A stretch of 64,000 nt of DNA from Patescibacteria group bacterium. GTDB taxonomy: Bacteria; Patescibacteriota; Patescibacteriia; JBAZBY01. The DNA is taken from assembly GCA_041671225.1 (NCBI GenBank), contig JBAZBY010000001.1, positions 366,940 to 430,939 on the forward strand, given 5' to 3'. A program made the translations under genes and the position numbers. Positions 50,099 through 59,789 of this stretch are shown here, in pieces. Numbering within the stretch: the stretch's first letter is position 1; each line of letters begins with the position of its first letter. The notes under the pieces are model-generated. The model was given only the letters and a program-made list of their open reading frames with translations, ran no database searches and was not told where the DNA came from.

Positions 50099-50270
50099 TG
50101 GAGCGGGTGATCCCGCTTTGCGGGACGGCCTCTTCTGGTCGCCGCCTGCATGAACTTCTATCATCCTACAATAAAAATCTATACTGGAGCGGGTGATCCC
50201 GCTTTGCGGGACGGCCTCTTCTGGTCGCCGCCTGCATGAACTTCTATCATCCTACAATAAAAATCTATAC
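50099..50270 (-). repeat. two identical 86-bp tandem repeats ending in the tRNA-Gly 3' end
   Basis: 50099-50184 equals 50185-50270; each begins tggagcgggtga as the tRNA does at 50271. Confidence 0.92.
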
Positions 50271-50345
50271 TGGAGCGGGTGACCGGGTTCGAACCGGCGA
50301 CCTCTTCCTTGGCAAGGAAGCGTTCTACCACTGAACTACACCCGC
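50271..50345 (-). tRNA. tRNA-Gly(GCC)
   Basis: Cloverleaf, anticodon loop TTGCCAA, CCA. Confidence 0.96.
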
Positions 50346-50448
50346 ATGTTGTTTTGAGGTCGGCGTTTGCGCCGTTTGTTTGCAAGACCTGACACTGCCC
50401 CCGCTGGGTGGGGGTCCGGCTTTGCCGGAAACTACACCCGCATATTTT

Positions 50449-50522
<74 letters not shown>

Positions 50523-50602
50523 ATGTGAGCCGAGAAGCAAGAGCATTCCAAAACAGCAGTAGAGACAATAACAGGAAGTACTCGTCTGGTCAATATGATG
50601 TT

Positions 50603-50911
50603 TTAACGGCGAGAGGCCCTATAGAACAGCGCAGTAGAAATGATCCAGATCGGCCCCATGAGTAGGAGAACAAGGTATACTTGGTTAATCGTTTGGCTAC
50701 TCATAACTAACACTATCCAGAGAAACGTCGTTAGTAGTGTTCCCGTGATGATGGCGCGGAGTAGCGCATGACCTCGTGAGCGACCTGTGAGACGTGCCTT
50801 CGGCAGCCTACCAGACAGCTCGTGATCTGGATGCATCGTGGGGTTGTCCTCTATTTCATGATCCAGACGCATTTCTGGTAAATGCGGAGGTGGGGGTGCT
50901 TTGTGGGGCAT
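50603..50911 (-). CDS. small membrane protein
   Basis: Two C-terminal TM segments; coupled to the upstream gene. Confidence 0.6.
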   Translation of the reverse strand: MPHKAPPPPHLPEMRLDHEIEDNPTMHPDHELSGRLPKARLTGRSRGHALLRAIITGTLLTTFLWIVLVMSSQTINQVYLVLLLMGPIWIISTALFYRASRR

Positions 50912-51606
50912 TATGTGATGGTAATTGATCGAATATCTTTTGGCGCATTGGTAAGCTCACGAACGCCGTGGCTTGTGACAAGATACATGTCCTCAAGACG
51001 GTATCCATCGCGACCTTTGAAGTAGAGTCCAGGTTCAATGGTTATCATATCATTTTCTGCCAGCAGATGCTCTTTTTTCTTTGGAGAAAGCCAGGGGGGC
51101 TGATGAATTCTTTTACCCACACCGTGGCCAAGCCCGTGACAAAAGATGCGGTTGTTGTATCCATTTTGTTTGAGATACGCGCGTGCAATCGTGTCTGTAG
51201 CACGTGCGGAAACACCGGCTCGCGCTTTTTTGGCCGCACGTTGCTGTGCGGTTCGGAGTAATGCATACATTCGTTTTTGCCGCGCAGATGGCGTGCCCAA
51301 AAAAAGCATGCGTGTCATATCTGCGCATATACCGCGCACTCTCACGCCAAAGTCACACACGATGCTGTGCCCTTTTTTGAGGACGGCATTGGTTGGGTGA
51401 TGGTGTGGTGCTGCGGCATTGCGTCCCGAGGCAATGATGAACCGGAATGCCCACGCGTCATATCCAAGAGCGCGAAAGTACGCACGCAACGCGTTCGCAA
51501 CGTCTTGTTCGGTCATTCCCGGTCTGACGTATTCGATCAAAAAACGGAAGCCATCACTTGTGACGCGCGCCGCTTCTTCTGCTGCTGCAATCTCAAGTTT
51601 ATTCAT
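50911..51606 (-). CDS. M24 Xaa-Pro peptidase (catalytic domain only)
   Basis: CDFG, ADMTR, HGLGHGVG..IH, TIEPGLY, YRLED. Confidence 0.9.
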   Translation of the reverse strand: MNKLEIAAAEEAARVTSDGFRFLIEYVRPGMTEQDVANALRAYFRALGYDAWAFRFIIASGRNAAAPHHHPTNAVLKKGHSIVCDFGVRVRGICADMTRMLFLGTPSARQKRMYALLRTAQQRAAKKARAGVSARATDTIARAYLKQNGYNNRIFCHGLGHGVGKRIHQPPWLSPKKKEHLLAENDMITIEPGLYFKGRDGYRLEDMYLVTSHGVRELTNAPKDIRSITIT

Positions 51607-51982
51607 CGAGAAGTACTCCCTTTACGGCTTTGAGATCTTTTTTTATCTGCGCGATACGCTCCCTTGTGTTCGTAAATTTGCGCATCGGGCGCACAAAATG
51701 CACCGGCTTTGCCGTCACCTGCTTGCCATAGAGGTTCCCCTTGAAGTTTATGAAGTAAATCTCGAGTTTTTTTACCTTCTTTTGAAAGAAGGCAGGCGCG
51801 CCAACAATGAGAATAGCCTTACGCCATTTTTTTTCCTTGCCAATGCGTCCCCACGCTGCATAGACGCCATGTTTGAGCGGCATCTTGCGCGTGGACGGCT
51901 TGCGCATATTTGCGGTTGAGTACCCAAGACGCCTTGCCCAGCCTTCACCATGAACAATTTTACCTTTGATATATTTTGTCAT
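51599..51982 (-). CDS. stand-alone riboflavin kinase domain
   Basis: IVHGEGWARRLGYSTAN, GVYA, LEIY, GNLYG, QIKKD. Confidence 0.85.
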   Translation of the reverse strand: MTKYIKGKIVHGEGWARRLGYSTANMRKPSTRKMPLKHGVYAAWGRIGKEKKWRKAILIVGAPAFFQKKVKKLEIYFINFKGNLYGKQVTAKPVHFVRPMRKFTNTRERIAQIKKDLKAVKGVLLDE

Positions 51983-52545
51983 GCTTCGTCTTCACCCGTT
52001 GTCGCGTCATCTTCCACGCGATTGATAAAGTCCTTGAGGTACGCAATGTCTTTGCGCGCAAAGCGTTTGGCGGTTGCCGTGTAGAGATCATTCGTCGATT
52101 CCAACACAGCATCAAAATAGTCAAGCAGCTCTTCTGGCTCTAATTTTGACCAATACAGCGCATTGATGTATGAACGGTGTATGCCGAGCGGACCAATGCG
52201 TTCAATAATGTCCGCATCACTGATAATCCAGCCTTCCAGTGTTGATGGTTCTGGATCCAGCTGGTGCGTGCGAATAGCAATAATGACTTCTTCTTGTATC
52301 TCTTGCGCGATATTATTTTTTTGCAGAAACTCTCGCGCAAGCTCGGCACCTTTGAGCGCGTGATTCTTAAAATCCTTCTCATATCCGAGATCATGCAAAA
52401 GACCAGCAACATAGCAGATTTCTTCATCCGCCCCTTCTTTTTGTGCAAGATTTTCTGCAATGACTGCAACACGGAGCGAGTGTTCCACCACATGCTCCGG
52501 AAGTTTTTTTCTGAGATGTTTGAGAATTTTATCTTCCCCGCTCAT
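51979..52545 (-). CDS. HD-domain phosphohydrolase
   Basis: HSLRV, GLLHDLG, HA, DADIIE. Confidence 0.88.
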   Translation of the reverse strand: MSGEDKILKHLRKKLPEHVVEHSLRVAVIAENLAQKEGADEEICYVAGLLHDLGYEKDFKNHALKGAELAREFLQKNNIAQEIQEEVIIAIRTHQLDPEPSTLEGWIISDADIIERIGPLGIHRSYINALYWSKLEPEELLDYFDAVLESTNDLYTATAKRFARKDIAYLKDFINRVEDDATTGEDEA

Positions 52546-53360
52546 GCAGGGATGATACCACGGATTCGTTTAAGAATCTCGTCGTGCAGCACGGTGCCGT
52601 TTGATGCGACAAAAATAGCATCGCGGTCGTTTTTTTGTATCGTGCCGTCAAGATTGGTAATGCGTCCGCCCGCTTCGCGAATGAGGAGCTTTCCTGCGGC
52701 AAAATCGTATACTTCGTTCTTATAATTGATTGATGCCGTGATATGTCCACTCGCAATATGTGCAAGTTCAGATGATGGCGACCACATTTCAATGAATCTC
52801 TCGTAGGGGTCGAGTGCTTTTTGGAGTGCATGTAAAAGAGCCTCTGCGCGCCGCTCTCTCACCTTCCATCCCTGCGTGTAGGAAATGACCGCATGAGGGA
52901 GATCAGCAGTCGTATTGACATGAATACGCTTGCCATTGCGCGTTGCACCCTCGCCCTTTGTGGCGATATATGTCATGCGGGGGATCGGCTCATGCACAAT
53001 ACCAAAGACCACTTCATTTTTTTTCATGAGCGCAAGTGATATCGCAAAAATTGGAAATCCAATACCAAACGTATGGGTGCCATCAAGCGGGTCAAGAATG
53101 AATTCATATTCACTTTCACTCTGTTGTTTGCCCGTTTCTTCTCCGAGGAAAGAAAAATTCGGGAAGCGCTTTTTGAGTTTTCCAAAGATATACGCTTCGG
53201 ATTCTCTGTCTGCCTTGGTGTTGTAATCCGCTGCAATGCCCTTGACGTTCCGTTCAAGCGTCGTACAAAAATATCCCGCAAGTATCTTGCCGGCCTCTTC
53301 AATCGTTTTCGCAATAAACTTTCTGTCATCGTTCGTTAAAGAGACAACGCCAGCGCCCAT
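52542..53360 (-). CDS. inositol monophosphatase-family protein
   Basis: TKADRESE, LGEE, ILDPLDGT, YDFAAG. Confidence 0.92.
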   Translation of the reverse strand: MGAGVVSLTNDDRKFIAKTIEEAGKILAGYFCTTLERNVKGIAADYNTKADRESEAYIFGKLKKRFPNFSFLGEETGKQQSESEYEFILDPLDGTHTFGIGFPIFAISLALMKKNEVVFGIVHEPIPRMTYIATKGEGATRNGKRIHVNTTADLPHAVISYTQGWKVRERRAEALLHALQKALDPYERFIEMWSPSSELAHIASGHITASINYKNEVYDFAAGKLLIREAGGRITNLDGTIQKNDRDAIFVASNGTVLHDEILKRIRGIIPA

Positions 53361-53788
53361 AGTTCTTTATCCTTAATTCTTTCCCAGTTTCGCTTAAAGA
53401 CATCACCGGGCACATGACGCTTCCCCCAGTGCGCATCGAGCAGGTAATACATACCTTGCTGATACTCATACACCACCGTGTATTGCTCACGCCGCAGCTC
53501 TGGATCGAACCAGTGTACCAACACGGGGTGTTTGTGTAGAGCTTCCTGCAGTTCCTTCTCGTTTTGTACCACTGCAATACCCGTATGCTGCTTTTTGGCA
53601 AGCTGCTCCACAGCCGCATGCGTGAGCGGTGCATTTTTTGGGAATGCGTCTCGTAATGTATTGACGCTTACATCACGACCAAGAGCGCCGAGCCAACTCG
53701 CAAGCGCCTGCGCAGCATGGTCTCTATTTGGCGTCTTTGTCTTGGGTGTCGGCGGAGTTCTTTTCAGCCGAAGGAGTTTTTTCAGCAT
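53336..53788 (-). CDS. C39 peptidase-like domain, catalytic residues apparently substituted
   Basis: DHAAQAL / PVLVHW / QYTVVY / LLDAHWG / FKRNW pattern. Confidence 0.6.
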   Translation of the reverse strand: MLKKLLRLKRTPPTPKTKTPNRDHAAQALASWLGALGRDVSVNTLRDAFPKNAPLTHAAVEQLAKKQHTGIAVVQNEKELQEALHKHPVLVHWFDPELRREQYTVVYEYQQGMYYLLDAHWGKRHVPGDVFKRNWERIKDKELWALALSL

Positions 53789-55061
53789 ACGACCGTAGTA
53801 TACCAAATACCTTCCGGTTTCCGATAATATTTGAGAGATATTCGTCGAATTGCGGTGTTTCTATCTGTTTGCGCATTTCTTCAGAAGCGGACATGCGCTG
53901 CAGGTAGACATTTTTTTCTGTTTCCAGCTCATCCATGCCAACGGTCACATTTTCAGCCTTCGAAATCGCGCGGAGAACTAACGCGCCCTTAACGCGCTTC
54001 TCGGCATCAACGGCGAACTCCTTTTTGAGTTCATCCTCGGTTTTTTTGATGCTCGAGAGGTAGTTTTGAAAATCCATGCCCTGAGAGGTAATCACTTGTT
54101 GCAATTCTTGAAGCATCTTATCTTGTTCGCCTTCGACAAGAATATGTGGGATGTCACCGAAGGTTGAATGTTGAACAACCTCATCAACGAGTGCACCTTC
54201 ATAGCGCTGGTCTTCTTTTTGCGTGCGTTCCATGCTGAGATTCTTACGGACTTGTTCCTCGACTTCCTTTATCGTTGTAAAGGCGCCGAGCGTTTTTGCG
54301 AATGCATCATTTGCTTCAGGCGTCTTCACTTCCATCACCGCATTCACTTTGACCTTTGCCTCTGCCGCTTTATCTGCAAGGTGTTTTGCGTGGTATTCCT
54401 TGGGGAAGTGTACGGGGTATGTTTTTTCGTCGCCGGCCTTCATGCCAACGATCCCATCTTCAAAACCAGGGATGAAATGTTTTTCACCGAGGGTCAGGGG
54501 GTGATTCTGTGACTTCCCGCCATCAATCGGTACTTTGTCCACGGAGATGGTAAAATCCACTTCAACCTTATCGCCGTTCTGCGCCGCACGCTCAACCTTT
54601 TTTTCTTCTGCGCGCATATTGCGGACGTCGTTTATTGCCCGTTCAATATCTTTGTCTTCCACAACGACTGGCTTTTTTTCAACATGTGAGAGATTCTTGT
54701 ATTCCCCAAGCTGTACATCGGGGAGCAAAGCGACGGTTGCCGTGTATTCGATCGGGTTACCGGGTGCTGCTTTTGTGACATTGATCTTTGGTCTGCCAAC
54801 TGTTTCAATATCCTCATCAACGACGGTACGCACAAAACTCCGTTGAATGATATGTTCCAGCGCATGCTCAAGAATGGATTGTTCGCCGATCTTCTTTTTG
54901 AGCACATCAAGCGGCACCTTGCCGGGTCGGAAGCCTTCTATCTTCCGCTCTTTTGAGATTTCAACGGATGCATTTTCAAGATCCTTCGTGATGTCTTCAT
55001 AGGGGATCTGAATGGTGAGCTCAAGCTCACCCTTGGGGAGTTCTTTTTTTGTTACATTCAT
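53724..55061 (-). CDS. tig: trigger factor
   Basis: IEGFRPGKVP signature, FKBP domain FIPGFEDGIVGMK. Confidence 0.96.
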   Translation of the reverse strand: MNVTKKELPKGELELTIQIPYEDITKDLENASVEISKERKIEGFRPGKVPLDVLKKKIGEQSILEHALEHIIQRSFVRTVVDEDIETVGRPKINVTKAAPGNPIEYTATVALLPDVQLGEYKNLSHVEKKPVVVEDKDIERAINDVRNMRAEEKKVERAAQNGDKVEVDFTISVDKVPIDGGKSQNHPLTLGEKHFIPGFEDGIVGMKAGDEKTYPVHFPKEYHAKHLADKAAEAKVKVNAVMEVKTPEANDAFAKTLGAFTTIKEVEEQVRKNLSMERTQKEDQRYEGALVDEVVQHSTFGDIPHILVEGEQDKMLQELQQVITSQGMDFQNYLSSIKKTEDELKKEFAVDAEKRVKGALVLRAISKAENVTVGMDELETEKNVYLQRMSASEEMRKQIETPQFDEYLSNIIGNRKVFGILRSYAEKTPSAEKNSADTQDKDAK

Positions 55062-56509
55062 GACTGGGTTCTCAAATCAATAATACGTTTTTCTTTGAGT
55101 TCTGTTTCCATGCCCATACTTTGCAATAATGCATCCATATCTTGTTCTTCAATAATGGGAGTGATACCCGCTTCCCCGACGATCTGCTTTTTGAGCGTTT
55201 CTTCAATAGCGTTGAGCGGCGTGGCGCCCTTCATGGCGACCGCGACGACGATCTCATCAACCTCAAACGGATCGTTATTCTTTTTGCGGATCTGTACCTG
55301 CCATTCTTCGATTTCCTTCATGCCAGAGAGAATGGGATAGAAGGCGTTGAGGTTCACAAGTTCTCCCTTGACCTTTGTAAGGTTGAATTCGCGGATTTCC
55401 GTTTTGCGTTGGATATCCGGGTGAATACGGGGAACGGTTTTTCCGCAGTGTGGGCAGGCATCATAGCTTATTCCTTTCGTGATGTCACCCGTGCGGTAGC
55501 GGAGTACGGTGGTGCCATGCCACGCGAGCCCTGTGTAGACCAATTCTCCCGGCTCGCCTTCTTTGACGCGCTTGCCCTCATCATCAACCACTTCCCAGTA
55601 GTCGAGATCCGGGTAGGTGTGGTATCCGGTATTTTCAGCGCATTGGATCCACGCGGTCTTTCCTTCTGTCATGGCATACGTTGTGTAGAATTGCGGTTCC
55701 ATCGCGCCCATCTCAGCAAGCATCTCGCGTGCTTTTTGTTTGAGGCCCGGAGAAACGCGTTCTCCGCCGAAGACGATATATTTAAGATTTTCAAAATTTC
55801 GTCCCTCTTCTTTTGCCTGCCGAAGCATGTGATAGAAGTATCCCGGGATGGTCGTAATAAGACTTGCCTTCATGCGCTCCGTTGCATCAAGAATTTTTGT
55901 GGAGCCCATGATCTTTCCGCCACCGGTGTGCAGAGACGTCATCATGATCTTTTGCAGCGCAAAGCTCGCGAGCCAGAAGGCGAGGTGAGGGGAATAGGGG
56001 AAGGCATTGATTGCTACCTGGTTCCGGTCGATACCAATAACATTCATAAGGCGTGAACCGCTTTCTTTGAGCAGCTCAATATCATATGAACTATAGGTAA
56101 ATGGAGTTGGGAGCGCGCTGCGCCCGGTCGTAAAGTGAAGGTGAATGGGCTTGTATTGCCATTCCAACATCAGTTTTGGATCCTGACGAAGAAGCTTCAT
56201 GCCGATAATTTTCATGAGCATGCGCTTTGATGCATGCTTTTTAATGAGCGCTTCATCTGGCTGAAGAATAAACTTTCGCGATTTTGCGCGGTCTTCTTCT
56301 GTTGGCGCGATATCTTCTTTTGTCACAAAAGGAATTTTCACAAGATCGTCCGTTGTTTTGAAATCATGAAACGAAAGGCCATGCTCTTCAAAGAGCTTAC
56401 GATAATATGGCGAGTACGGCATTTGGTGCTTCATATATGCCGCAAAGCGTTTGTTTTGTAGATCACGCTGTTCATCTCGCGAAAGGTGGGAGATGGTATT
56501 CCAATCCAT
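55058..56509 (-). CDS. phenylacetate-CoA ligase-like AMP-binding enzyme
   Basis: SPYYR, FTTGRSALP P-loop variant, YAMTE, GELVYT, LRYRTGD. Confidence 0.85.
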   Translation of the reverse strand: MDWNTISHLSRDEQRDLQNKRFAAYMKHQMPYSPYYRKLFEEHGLSFHDFKTTDDLVKIPFVTKEDIAPTEEDRAKSRKFILQPDEALIKKHASKRMLMKIIGMKLLRQDPKLMLEWQYKPIHLHFTTGRSALPTPFTYSSYDIELLKESGSRLMNVIGIDRNQVAINAFPYSPHLAFWLASFALQKIMMTSLHTGGGKIMGSTKILDATERMKASLITTIPGYFYHMLRQAKEEGRNFENLKYIVFGGERVSPGLKQKAREMLAEMGAMEPQFYTTYAMTEGKTAWIQCAENTGYHTYPDLDYWEVVDDEGKRVKEGEPGELVYTGLAWHGTTVLRYRTGDITKGISYDACPHCGKTVPRIHPDIQRKTEIREFNLTKVKGELVNLNAFYPILSGMKEIEEWQVQIRKKNNDPFEVDEIVVAVAMKGATPLNAIEETLKKQIVGEAGITPIIEEQDMDALLQSMGMETELKEKRIIDLRTQS

Positions 56510-56513
56510 AAGG

Positions 56514-57113
56514 TTATGTATAAGGGTATGGCTTATGACTTATGCGACCAATGTCCACCATAAGTTCGGTTGTTAATTGGTCCAGGAGCTGTTTATCATT
56601 TTCACGTCCTTTATATTCATGATACGTTCGCGGCGTGCCAAAGAAGAAGCGAGGAGGATTTTTCCAGATATCAAGGAATGCAGCGATAGCAGAAGGATGG
56701 TTTTTGCCCTGGATGCCAACCGGTAGTATTGGGATGTTGTTTTCAAGCGCAAAGCGCACGGCTCCCACTTTGCCCTTTGCGAGCTCTTGTTCTGTATTCC
56801 GGTATCCTTCGGGGAAGATACCAATACAATCACCTTTCGTGATGCGCGTGGCTATGTCATTGGTGATCGCTTCAAGTGGTTGATCGACCTTGATCATTTT
56901 TGTATCAAATATTTGCCAGTTGCGTGTTCGTGCAAGAAAAGCAGTTTTGCGTTTTGTGGCGTGCCATACGAGTACAGCGAGGAGAAGACCATCGAGCCAG
57001 TCGATATGATTACTTGCGAGAATAACGGGTTCCTTGGGCAGATTCTGTGTTTCTGTTGCGGCAACAATATGACGGAAGAGGCGCTGAAAAAAAAATTGCC
57101 AGAGCGCGTACAT
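56514..57113 (-). CDS. plsC: lysophospholipid acyltransferase (PlsC family)
   Basis: SNHIDWLD, IFPEGYR, ILPVGI. Confidence 0.85.
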   Translation of the reverse strand: MYALWQFFFQRLFRHIVAATETQNLPKEPVILASNHIDWLDGLLLAVLVWHATKRKTAFLARTRNWQIFDTKMIKVDQPLEAITNDIATRITKGDCIGIFPEGYRNTEQELAKGKVGAVRFALENNIPILPVGIQGKNHPSAIAAFLDIWKNPPRFFFGTPRTYHEYKGRENDKQLLDQLTTELMVDIGRISHKPYPYT

Positions 57114-57114
57114 A

Positions 57115-57744
57115 TTAGTAGGGATATTTTTTTTCACATAATCCACTGATCACCTGCATAATGGTACGGGTTGTGTCTTCCAACAGTTCATGTGTCACTT
57201 CTTCTGTATGTTGGAATTGTAGTGCCTGCCCAATGTGCACTTCTAATGGAGCACGAGAGAAAAAAAATGATCTCAGTGACTCCGCAGTATTTTTACCGCC
57301 CGGGGTGATAATGCCAACGGGTACAACAGGCAGATTCGAGCGCAACGCCAGACGTGCGGCACCTGTTTTTCCTTTTGTGAGCTTTTCCGTATCGTAGTTA
57401 CGCCTTCCTTCAGGGAACACGCAAACAGGGTTTCCTTTTTCTAGCCAGCGCATGGACCGCTCAAGACTTTCTGCTTTGTTCTCTGGATCAATGCCGATCA
57501 TGCCAAGGTAATGGCTGAATCTGCCAAATGCCTTCGCAACGCTTGTTTTGGTAATAAATCCAATTTTCTTTTTAATGTGCGGAATAAATACCAAACCAAC
57601 CATTGGTGGATCCAGGTAACTTTGATGATTCCCCACAATAAGAAATCCACCACTGCGCGGGATGTGTTCCTCGCCGGTTATCGTAAGACGCTTCCGTGCG
57701 AGCGGGAAGAGCGTGCATTGAAGAAAGAAGTAACCAGATGACAT
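57115..57744 (-). CDS. plsC: lysophospholipid acyltransferase (PlsC family)
   Basis: NHQSYLD, VFPEGRR, KTGAARLAL, VVPVGI. Confidence 0.88.
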   Translation of the reverse strand: MSSGYFFLQCTLFPLARKRLTITGEEHIPRSGGFLIVGNHQSYLDPPMVGLVFIPHIKKKIGFITKTSVAKAFGRFSHYLGMIGIDPENKAESLERSMRWLEKGNPVCVFPEGRRNYDTEKLTKGKTGAARLALRSNLPVVPVGIITPGGKNTAESLRSFFFSRAPLEVHIGQALQFQHTEEVTHELLEDTTRTIMQVISGLCEKKYPY

Positions 57745-57787
57745 GGCTTTCAAACGAGGGCCGCCTACCGGCGGCCCTCATGAAGGT

Positions 57788-59773
57788 TTAGATGAAAAGT
57801 GGTGCAAGGATGAGAGAGACGACGGCCATGAGTTTGATGAGAATGTTCATGGCTGGTCCAGATGTGTCCTTGAATGGATCACCAACGGTGTCGCCGACCA
57901 CTGCAGCTTTGTGTGGCTCGCTGCCTTTGCCGCCGTGCGCGCCACCTTCGATGTATTTCTTTGCGTTGTCCCAAGCGCCGCCAGCGTTTGCCATCATAAG
58001 CGCGAGGAGTACGCCAGTGATGGTTGCGCCAGCGAGCAGGCCACCAAGAGCTTCCTTACCCAAGAGGAATCCCACGAGCACAGGAGCGACTACCGCAAGC
58101 ACGCCCGGAAGGATCATTTCTTTGAGTGCTGCGTTGGTGCTGATAGCAATAGTGCGAGCGGAGTCCGGTTTTGCGGTGCCTTCAAGTAGACCAGGAATTT
58201 CCCGGAATTGACGACGAACTTCTTGCACCATACTGCGCGCTGCCTTTCCGACAGATGTCATGGTAAGTGACGCAATCAGGAAGGGAAGAATGCCACCGAT
58301 AAACGCACCAACAATGGTCTCTGATTTCGTAATATCAATGGATTCTAATTTCACTGCCGTAGTATATGCAGAGAAGAGGGCGAGTGATGTGAGTGCTGCG
58401 GAGCCGATGGCAAAACCTTTGCCCATTGCGGCTGTCGTGTTTCCGAGCGCGTCGAGGCGGTCGGTTATTTTACGTGTATTTTCACCAAGACCGGACATTT
58501 CTGAAATACCGCCTGCGTTGTCCGCGATGGGTCCATATGCGTCAACAGACATCACAACGCCGATGGTTGCGAGCATGCCAACGGCGGAGATGCCGATGCC
58601 GTAGAGACCGGTGAGTTTGAAGCCGATAAAGATCGCCGCAGCAATGATGAGTACGGGGAGCGCAACCGATTCCATGCCAATGGCAAGGCCAGTGATGATG
58701 TTTGTTGCCGGGCCTGTTTCAGATGCCTCAGCGATTTTGCGTATGGGGCGTCCTGCGGTGTAATACTCGGTGATGAGCCCAATAGCGATTCCCGCGAGCG
58801 TACCCGTGACAACAGACCAGAAGACAGCGGTCGGTAATTTCAGCCAAACCCCAATGACATATGCCGCGCCGAGCAATACAACAGCCGCGACGTATGTGAC
58901 ATAGCGGAGCACCTTTGCAGGGTCGATGTTTTTGAGAACGCGAACAGAGAGAATGCCAAGAATAGATGCGATGAGTCCGATAGCAGCAATGAGAATAGGA
59001 AATACCATGTAATCCATCTTTGCAGCAGCGTATGCAGAACCGGTTGCTCCAATCGCAATGGCTGCCACGATCGAGCTGACATTTGATTCAAAGAGGTCGG
59101 CACCAAGCCCTGCTACGTCACCGACGTTGTCGCCAACACTATCTGCGATGGATGCAGGATTACGGGGGTCATCTTCTGGGATGCCTTGTTCAACTTTTCC
59201 AACAAGGTCGCCGCCAACGTCTGCCGTTTTGGTGTAAATACCGCCGCCAACGCGAGCAAAGAGCGCAATGGACGAACCGCCCATGGCGAGTCCAGAAAGC
59301 ACGATTGATGGGTCAACATCCGTTGAGAAGTATTGGAAGTACAGACCAAGGCCAATGAGTCCGAGCGATGCGACAGAGAGTCCCATCACGGCACCGCCGG
59401 AAAAAGCCGTCACAAGCGCGCGGGCTGTTCCGCCCTCACTCGCCGCTTGTGCTGTGCGTACATTTGCTTTGGTTGCTGCCTGCATACCAAAGATACCCGC
59501 AAGCATAGAGAGCACGCCGCCGGATATAAAGGCAACAGCAGTCCATGTGCCGATCTGCCACCAGAGGAGCGCAAAGACAACAACCATAAACACAGAGAGA
59601 ATACTGTATTCACGCTTCAGGAAGACGAGCGCGCCTTCATGAATGGCGGCTGCGATTTCCTGCATTTTTTCGTTCCCCGGGTTTTGCCGTTTTACGAGCG
59701 CATAAAAGACCCAGGCAAAGATGAGTCCGATGGCTCCGATGCCTGCACTGATGAATCCCAGATTATCCAACAT
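57788..59773 (-). CDS. hppA: membrane pyrophosphatase, K+-dependent type (possibly Na+-pumping)
   Basis: [44 protein letters not shown]. Confidence 0.96.
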   Translation of the reverse strand: MLDNLGFISAGIGAIGLIFAWVFYALVKRQNPGNEKMQEIAAAIHEGALVFLKREYSILSVFMVVVFALLWWQIGTWTAVAFISGGVLSMLAGIFGMQAATKANVRTAQAASEGGTARALVTAFSGGAVMGLSVASLGLIGLGLYFQYFSTDVDPSIVLSGLAMGGSSIALFARVGGGIYTKTADVGGDLVGKVEQGIPEDDPRNPASIADSVGDNVGDVAGLGADLFESNVSSIVAAIAIGATGSAYAAAKMDYMVFPILIAAIGLIASILGILSVRVLKNIDPAKVLRYVTYVAAVVLLGAAYVIGVWLKLPTAVFWSVVTGTLAGIAIGLITEYYTAGRPIRKIAEASETGPATNIITGLAIGMESVALPVLIIAAAIFIGFKLTGLYGIGISAVGMLATIGVVMSVDAYGPIADNAGGISEMSGLGENTRKITDRLDALGNTTAAMGKGFAIGSAALTSLALFSAYTTAVKLESIDITKSETIVGAFIGGILPFLIASLTMTSVGKAARSMVQEVRRQFREIPGLLEGTAKPDSARTIAISTNAALKEMILPGVLAVVAPVLVGFLLGKEALGGLLAGATITGVLLALMMANAGGAWDNAKKYIEGGAHGGKGSEPHKAAVVGDTVGDPFKDTSGPAMNILIKLMAVVSLILAPLFI

Positions 59774-59789
59774 GCTAAAAGCTTAATAC

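Noticed and set aside
50099-50282. Possible CRISPR array
   Set aside because: Whole 86-bp units are identical with no unique spacers, they derive from tRNA-Gly, and there are no cas genes in the window.
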